A DNA stretch of 42,165 bases, from the NCBI GenBank assembly GCA_964629385.1, contig CAZVUR010000001.1, positions 1 through 42,165 of the forward strand. The letters are read 5' to 3'. Of this stretch, positions 36,961-42,165 are shown one piece after another. The notes under the pieces are model-generated. The model did no database searches and had not been told where the DNA came from. It was given only the letters and a program-made list of their open reading frames with translations. The stretch's first letter is position 1; every line of letters begins with the position of its first letter. Made by a program: the position numbers and the translations under genes. The DNA is from an uncultured Candidatus Saccharibacteria bacterium (GTDB taxonomy: Bacteria; Patescibacteriota; Saccharimonadia; Saccharimonadales; Saccharimonadaceae).

Positions 36961-37233
36961 ATGAGCGACTCATCATCACCTGTCACTATCTACACCACAA
37001 CGTTTTGTGCATTTTGCGCCACCGAAAAGCAGTGGATGGACAAGCTTGGCGTTAAATACGTTGCCAAGAACATTGAAGAAGACGAGGCTGCCCGCGATGA
37101 GCTACTAGAAAAAGTTGGTGGCAACTTCCAGGGCGTTCCAGTTACCGATATCGCTGGTGAAATGATTCTGGGCTTCAACCGCCCCGCACTGCAAGACGCG
37201 CTCGAAAAGAACAAACTCGTTCCAGCAAGCTAA
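36961..37233 (+). CDS. Glutaredoxin/NrdH-like redoxin
   Basis: VTIYTTTFCAFCATEKQWM (CxxC) and a ...GVPVT... thioredoxin fold. The start is chosen at MSDSS after AAAGGGGA. Confidence 0.75.
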   Translation: MSDSSSPVTIYTTTFCAFCATEKQWMDKLGVKYVAKNIEEDEAARDELLEKVGGNFQGVPVTDIAGEMILGFNRPALQDALEKNKLVPAS

Positions 37234-37254
37234 TCATTCTATAAACGAGCTCTG

Positions 37255-37288
37255 ATACTCACGCAATTAATTGTGTGAGTATTTTTTG
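37255..37288 (+). terminator. Intrinsic terminator after the glutaredoxin-like gene
   Basis: ATACTCACGC-aattaatt-GTGTGAGTAT followed by TTTTT. Confidence 0.7.
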
Positions 37289-37342
37289 CTACTTAAAAGC
37301 CTTACGCTTGATTTTAGAATCCAGCGTGGGCATACTCTGTGT

Positions 37343-38890
37343 ATGACAGAGCAGCTTCCTACTCATAACGATTACGGTACTAATTTTTATGGCAAGCATA
37401 TCGATATCCAGTTGCTCGATGATAAAACGCTAACCGAACAACTTGAAACGCGCGATAGAATTCGCACGTACATCGACGTCGAGGATGAAGATATTCTGCC
37501 TTACCCAGCACGGCAGGTAAAGCTCGAGTCATATCATGATATAGGGCTTGATACATTACGAATTCAAGGCGAAGTAAGCTTTCGCCCAACCGACCTCCAG
37601 AATATGCCAGACACTTGGCCAGGCATGTTTCTTCAAGAACTTCAAAACAGCTTTCAAAATTATGGTTACGAGATTGCTTATCAAGAACATGATATGGCTG
37701 CACTCTACATTTCACTCGACGTAACCCATTCAATTCGTATTGCACTTTCTTCTACGGCCGTAGAATGTGCGATTGACGTGGAGCTACTCACTACTACTGA
37801 AATTGAAAATGCTACACACAATCCATTACCAGAACCATATGCTGATAGGGATTTAACCTATTTAGAAAAGTTTCGACATATTCTTACTGCATTAGGTGTT
37901 ACACTTGATAGCTTGCGTGAATATTATGGAGCTCCGCCTATGTATCACGGAAGGTATACCCTTAAGCAGTATCAGGCATCTAAAGAACTGGTTTTGCCAT
38001 CGCCTACAGTGCAAGTTAGCGGTCAGCCACATGCAAGCGAAATGACAGCAGAAACCCAAGCCGTAAATTATGGTCTCGAATCATTCGGAGGCGCAAAACA
38101 TGCAAAAAATCGTTTATACGAATTTGCGGCAATAATGAACAATCCAGATGAAGCAAGTGAATTCGATATTCAACGCAGCCACTTTTTACTATATGGGCCG
38201 CCCGGAACCGGTAAGACAACGCTTATAACCGCCTTTGCTAACGAAATAGGTGCAACGCTTTGGGCCGTTAGCTCCACTGATTTAGTTGATATGTGGGTGG
38301 GCAATTCAGGTAAAAATGTCGTTAAGACTTTCGAGAAAGCCAAGAAGGTAGCTGGTAAGGTAGTCGTATTTTTTGACGAGTTCGACGCCCTTGCTCAAAA
38401 AGGTGGTAGAGGTGGCGGGGAGCGATCAGATGTAAGAAAAATTCTTAATACACAACTCGAGGATATTGCAAAAAATTACCCTAACATCATTGTAGCGGCG
38501 GCTACCAATGCGGATCTTGATGATCTTGAGCCTTCGCTCATTCGTTCAGGCCGCATAGAGCCGATTGGTATGCCGGTACCAACCGAAGAAGAGCGTTACG
38601 ACGTACTTGGCACTGTGCTGTTCAAATCAATTCAACGTACTATGCAAGATAAAGAATTGGTATATGACGAAAAAAGTATGTTTCAGCCTTCTGAGACATT
38701 TGTGCTATACGACCAGTCTATTGATATAGATGAGCTTGTGCGCCATACGGACGGGATGACAGGAGCCGACTTCGAAGTTATTTTAGAGCGGGCTCGCAAA
38801 AAACATTTTATGCGCTTCAAGGAAACTGGGGAGAAAAATCCTGTAACCCAACAAGATTTACTCCGCGAAATCAGAGAATTTGGCCGCTAG
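37343..38890 (+). CDS. AAA+ ATPase (classic clade, FtsH/CDC48-like module) with an unrecognised ~270-aa N-terminal domain
   Basis: LLYGPPGTGKTTL, VVFFDEFDAL and ATNADLDDLEPSLIRSGRIE. The start is chosen at MTEQL because the track start at 37271 lies inside the upstream terminator. Confidence 0.75.
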   Translation: MTEQLPTHNDYGTNFYGKHIDIQLLDDKTLTEQLETRDRIRTYIDVEDEDILPYPARQVKLESYHDIGLDTLRIQGEVSFRPTDLQNMPDTWPGMFLQELQNSFQNYGYEIAYQEHDMAALYISLDVTHSIRIALSSTAVECAIDVELLTTTEIENATHNPLPEPYADRDLTYLEKFRHILTALGVTLDSLREYYGAPPMYHGRYTLKQYQASKELVLPSPTVQVSGQPHASEMTAETQAVNYGLESFGGAKHAKNRLYEFAAIMNNPDEASEFDIQRSHFLLYGPPGTGKTTLITAFANEIGATLWAVSSTDLVDMWVGNSGKNVVKTFEKAKKVAGKVVVFFDEFDALAQKGGRGGGERSDVRKILNTQLEDIAKNYPNIIVAAATNADLDDLEPSLIRSGRIEPIGMPVPTEEERYDVLGTVLFKSIQRTMQDKELVYDEKSMFQPSETFVLYDQSIDIDELVRHTDGMTGADFEVILERARKKHFMRFKETGEKNPVTQQDLLREIREFGR

Positions 38891-40608
38891 GCGCCAATTT
38901 TAATTACTTCGCCTTCTATAGCTTTTCGAAAATAGTCATCATGGCTTACATACAGTATCGCGCCGCTGTACTTTTTTAGTGCCGTTTCAAGTTCTTCGAT
39001 GCTTGGTAAATCCAGGTGATTGGTTGGCTCGTCCAAAATAAGCAGTTGCGGATCGTTGGCAAGCATGGCGATTACCTGCAACCGTGCTTTTTGGCCGCCT
39101 GAAAGCTTTTCTACAGGTATATGGCCGTCGGTTTCGGTAAATAGATAGTCGTGCATCAGCCCACGGATTTTTGTTTCGTTAATTTGCAAATTGCGATCTA
39201 AATAGGTTCGCTCGATAGCATCCTTCAGCGGCAAGTCAAAATAATCTGGGGATACCTCTTGCTCGTATACACCTATACGGACCTTTGAATCGAGCGACAG
39301 TTCGCCGTGGAATACGGTAATCGCTGATGAAGCAGTCGCATCGTCTTGTGAGTTCGCTGGCCCCGTTGGAGCGCTGCGAACAACACGCGAACGAATAAGA
39401 TGATGCGACTTCTGATTCTCTAGCAACTTCTTTATAAACGTACTTTTACCAGCACCGTTACGGCCCCGTAGCTCTACTGCTTCGCCTTCACGCAAATCAA
39501 TATTTATGCCGCTAAACAGGGGAGTATCGTAACCCAAGCTCACATTGGCCGCCTTTACCAGCACATGACTTGAACGTGACGATTCATCTTTGATGTTCAT
39601 TTTGATATTACGCGCTTTGAATTTAGCATATTGGCCAGCTACTTTGTAATTCAAATTTTCAGCCGATTCGCGGTCAATCCAAAAAGTTGGCTTTTCTTTG
39701 GCCTGAAGCTCAGCCAATTCTTTACGCGATTCTTGCTCTAACCGCTTGAACTTCTGGATCGTTTGCGGATTACGCGATTTTTCTTTAAGGCGCTGGTAAT
39801 CAATTACTTTTTGCTTCAAGTTCACGATTCGCTTTTCGATCAGCTCGAATTCGTTCATGGCCGTACCGGTTGAGTGGGCATTTTGCTTTAAATAGGCATC
39901 GTAATTACCTTTAAAGCTCTGCGAACCGCCGTCTTTTAATTCTACGATCCTATCGACTTGCTGCAGCACATCACGGTCGTGCGTAATAATCAGCATGGCT
40001 TCGGGTGCTTGTTTCATCCAATCGATGAACTGCTTTTTGGCTACGTAATCCATGTGGTTTGTCGGCTCGTCGATCAGTGCCAAATGGGCCTGCGCATGCA
40101 TGACTTTTACCACTTCGACGAGTCGCTTTTGACCACCAGATAAAGAGGCGAGGGGACGATGAGCGATGTCGGGCAGTTGGAATGTTTCCAGCTCGCGCTC
40201 GATATCGCTTTCTATTTGGTAAAACCCTTTATCGTCAAACCGTTGCAGTGCCTCGGTGTATTCAGAAATTTTCTTCATGTCGTCGCCCATGGTCATGGGG
40301 TATGTTTCTACGATATGGCTTAGCTGGCTGTATTCAGGCAAGCCGGCTAACACATATTGCAGCACGGTCTGCTCGTTGGTGCCATGATGCTCCTGCGCTG
40401 TCGCTACAACGGTCGTGCCGCGTTTAAAAATAACCTCGCCGGTATAATCCGTATCAATTCCCGCCAGCATGCCAAATAGGGTACTTTTACCCACACCGTT
40501 GCGGCCAATCACCCCAACCTTCTCGCCGTCATCCACCGAGAATTTGACATTCGTCATCAGGACCTTAGGCCCAAACGACTTTTCGGTAATAGAAATATCG
40601 GCAATCAT
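38887..40608 (-). CDS. ABC-F family ATPase (two ABC domains, no TM domain)
   Basis: Two Walker A motifs (GRNGVGKST, GRNGAGKST), two LSGGQK signatures and an inter-domain charged linker. Confidence 0.9.
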   Translation of the reverse strand: MIADISITEKSFGPKVLMTNVKFSVDDGEKVGVIGRNGVGKSTLFGMLAGIDTDYTGEVIFKRGTTVVATAQEHHGTNEQTVLQYVLAGLPEYSQLSHIVETYPMTMGDDMKKISEYTEALQRFDDKGFYQIESDIERELETFQLPDIAHRPLASLSGGQKRLVEVVKVMHAQAHLALIDEPTNHMDYVAKKQFIDWMKQAPEAMLIITHDRDVLQQVDRIVELKDGGSQSFKGNYDAYLKQNAHSTGTAMNEFELIEKRIVNLKQKVIDYQRLKEKSRNPQTIQKFKRLEQESRKELAELQAKEKPTFWIDRESAENLNYKVAGQYAKFKARNIKMNIKDESSRSSHVLVKAANVSLGYDTPLFSGINIDLREGEAVELRGRNGAGKSTFIKKLLENQKSHHLIRSRVVRSAPTGPANSQDDATASSAITVFHGELSLDSKVRIGVYEQEVSPDYFDLPLKDAIERTYLDRNLQINETKIRGLMHDYLFTETDGHIPVEKLSGGQKARLQVIAMLANDPQLLILDEPTNHLDLPSIEELETALKKYSGAILYVSHDDYFRKAIEGEVIKIGA

Positions 40609-40646
40609 AAGATGCTATTGTAACAGAGGTGGCCCAGGATTGATAG

Positions 40647-40675
40647 TTGACATTTTTAATTAAATTTGCTATAAT
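40647..40675 (+). promoter_or_regulatory. Consensus sigma70 promoter P6 driving GC-rich unit 6
   Basis: TTGACA (40647-40652), 17 nt, TATAAT (40670-40675) with TG at 40667-40668. Confidence 0.75.
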
Positions 40676-40749
40676 ATAATTATACCTGTCATCGCACCCG
40701 CATGCAGGCCGATCAATCTGTCTTCGCTGAAGACAGAAGGGAGCACCAA

Positions 40750-41001
40750 ATGAACCGCATCGTCAACGTCGCGACCGTCGTGGTCGGAGGCATCGTCGCC
40801 ATCAAGATCGCGAAGGAGGTCAAGGACTTCATCGTGTTCGACGCCGGCTCGACCGAGAACCGCCGCTACCGGAAGTTCTACAAGGAGATCTCCCGGGCGG
40901 CCAACAAGATGAAGAACGTGTCGGTGGAAGAGCTGATGGAGCTGCTGCGTGGTGAGGAGCTCACGCCCCAGGTGGCCGGCTCCGACCGCAACGCCATGTA
41001 G
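40750..41001 (+). CDS. GC-rich foreign ORF 6 (83 aa), N-terminal TM helix
   Basis: ATG lies 6 nt after AAGGGAG. Sequence MNRIVNVATVVVGGIVAIKIAKEV... with G/C-rich third positions. The upstream ATG at 40702 lies in a leader hairpin without an RBS. Confidence 0.65.
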   Translation: MNRIVNVATVVVGGIVAIKIAKEVKDFIVFDAGSTENRRYRKFYKEISRAANKMKNVSVEELMELLRGEELTPQVAGSDRNAM

Positions 41002-41042
41002 TCCGCACCTGTCCGACCTGATGATTGCCCGCGACCCATCAT

Positions 41043-41114
41043 GCCGCCGAAGACAGCCACCGAAGTCAAGCCAACAAGCTCCTTCAGGTCCGCTTCGGCG
41101 GCTGTTTTCGTTTT
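41043..41114 (+). terminator. Terminator of unit 6
   Basis: GCCGCCGAAG (41043-41052) pairs with CTTCGGCGGC (41093-41102). An inner CCGC-ttcg-GCGG hairpin is present, followed by TGTTTTCGTTTT. Confidence 0.65.
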
Positions 41115-41127
41115 ATATAAAATATTG

Positions 41128-41156
41128 TTGACAGCATACATAGGACGCAGTATCAT
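41128..41156 (+). promoter_or_regulatory. Sigma70 promoter P7 driving unit 7
   Basis: TTGACA (41128-41133), 17 nt, TATCAT (41151-41156). Confidence 0.65.
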
Positions 41157-41162
41157 TACTCT

Positions 41163-41436
41163 TAATCTGTAACGGACTCTGGGAGCGCTCGGGTGCTTCA
41201 TATACCCCGGTATGGATGCCGAGAAATCGGTTCAAATACGACATTTTCTGACCACATACGACCCGGCGTCGTATCTCCGTCTCAGAATAGACAGAGCAGA
41301 ATCGTCGTTTAGGCAGGCTAGAGAGAGGAAGGCCGCGCGGTTTTCCTGCAAATACCATACGATGCCTGCCTAAGCCCCCGCGTTCCAGCCAGACCCCTCC
41401 AAAAGGTCCGGCTGGTGCGGGGGCTCGTCAATTTCT
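41163..41436 (+). ncRNA. Candidate structured non-coding RNA (unit 7), class unknown
   Basis: No ORF with an RBS. Stems include TTAGGCAGGC...GCCTGCCTAA and ACGAC-ccggc-GTCGT, with a terminal GCCCCCGC...GCGGGGGC hairpin. The 5' part resembles module M (GGGAGC..GGGTGCTTCATATA). Confidence 0.35.
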
Positions 41437-41452
41437 TGCTATACTTTATCTA

Positions 41453-42165
41453 ATGACGAAAACACTCAACAATGTTCGCTTCTGGACATACCACGACTCA
41501 ACTAAGCCAGTTTGTATTTTTATTCATGGCTTCACTGGTAGCCACGAAGGTTTTCAGTACATCATTCCGCATTTAAAGGATTTTCATATCATCGTGCCGG
41601 ATTTGCCAGGGTTTGGCGAAAGCCCACTTACACTAAAGAAATATACGATTGATGAACTCGCAAAAGCTACTAATGAATTTGTAACCAGGCTTAATCTAAA
41701 AACACCACCTTTTTTAGTATCACACTCCATGGGTGGATTGGTTGCCGCGAGCATGCTGGCGCAAAACCCTGAACTCTATAATGGGAAAACGGTATTCATC
41801 AGCCCGGTGGCAATCAAAGTAAATTACCTGGATTCACGCAAGCTTGGCGAGCTGCTCGGCCGGTTGCAATACTTTTTAGGCAAAACCATACCAGGTGCAG
41901 GCCCGCGTATGGTGAAAAGTCGGCTGCTATCGCGCATGGCAACTAAATTAATCCTCACAACAGATGACAGAGCATTAGAAAAAGCCATTCATGGGCACCA
42001 TTTCAAAAATTTAGATTATATTTCAAGTATCAATTTTTATCACAAGCTCCATAAAGATATAAATAAAAAAGGTGCGATTGATTACGCACCTCAACTAACC
42101 AAAAAGTTCACGCCGCTGATTATTACCGGTAGCAGCGATAATGTGACCCCATTAAAAGGTGAGAA
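41453..42165 (+). CDS. Alpha/beta hydrolase (3' end outside the window)
   Basis: VCIFIHGFTGSHEGF, PDLPGFGES and SHSMGG nucleophile elbow. Open to the end of the window. An extended -10 (TGcTATACT, 41437-45) lies 7 nt before the ATG. Confidence 0.75.
   Translation, partial: MTKTLNNVRFWTYHDSTKPVCIFIHGFTGSHEGFQYIIPHLKDFHIIVPDLPGFGESPLTLKKYTIDELAKATNEFVTRLNLKTPPFLVSHSMGGLVAASMLAQNPELYNGKTVFISPVAIKVNYLDSRKLGELLGRLQYFLGKTIPGAGPRMVKSRLLSRMATKLILTTDDRALEKAIHGHHFKNLDYISSINFYHKLHKDINKKGAIDYAPQLTKKFTPLIITGSSDNVTPLKGE

Noticed and set aside
37271-37342. The upstream start of the AAA+ ATPase ORF at 37271.
   Set aside because: It would place the start inside the terminator hairpin of the preceding gene and add a hydrophobic, non-conserved-looking extension. 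The ATG at 37343 is preferred.

Overview
This is an AT-leaning bacterial chromosome segment. The gene content looks Patescibacteria/Saccharibacteria-like: a compact F1Fo operon with an atpZ-like gene, a pilin-like RCC1-repeat surface protein, many small membrane proteins and few metabolic genes. That placement is inference only, since no database search was possible.

Ordinary content:
- Housekeeping genes: greA (partial), yajQ, 5-formyl-THF cyclo-ligase, a DEAD-box helicase, a RumA-type RNA methyltransferase, a UvrD/AddA-type helicase-nuclease, dus, the atpZBEFHAG-x-DC operon, a glutaredoxin-like protein, an AAA+ ATPase, an ABC-F ATPase and an alpha/beta hydrolase (partial).
- A CIRCE-controlled hsp20, a NUDIX hydrolase and several membrane proteins.
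- tRNA-Gln(UUG) at 1013-1087, followed by a truncated large serine recombinase and a copper-resistance island. The island carries csoR, a CPH-type P1B ATPase, a YHS-FNR fusion, a Met/His-rich secreted protein, three DUF305 genes and a cytochrome b5-like gene.
- The 18-nt 3' end of tRNA-Gln recurs exactly at 10905-10922, which delimits a ~9.8 kb island.

Main signal: seven short, sharply GC-rich inserts lie at three separate loci (8.5-10.9 kb, 23.65-25.04 kb, 40.64-41.43 kb).
- Each insert sits directly behind a near-consensus AT-rich sigma70 promoter (TTGACA-17 nt-TATAAT-like, one with 18 nt; four of seven have an extended TG).
- Most carry a GGAGG-type ribosome-binding site and a small ORF with almost pure G/C third codon positions. 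One carries a GC-rich tRNA with an AAU anticodon, and one has no ORF.
- Each is closed by conserved structured 3' elements.
- The first locus is an array of cassettes punctuated by seven copies of a ~30-nt tRNA-3'-end-like core. Three of these cassettes share a ~100-nt 3' module with mutually exclusive hairpins.
- I read this as a recurring scaffold for capturing and expressing foreign, Actinomycetota- or actinophage-like DNA. Function and origin are unknown and need searches and transcript data.

No rRNA genes, CRISPR array, transposase or reverse transcriptase were seen.
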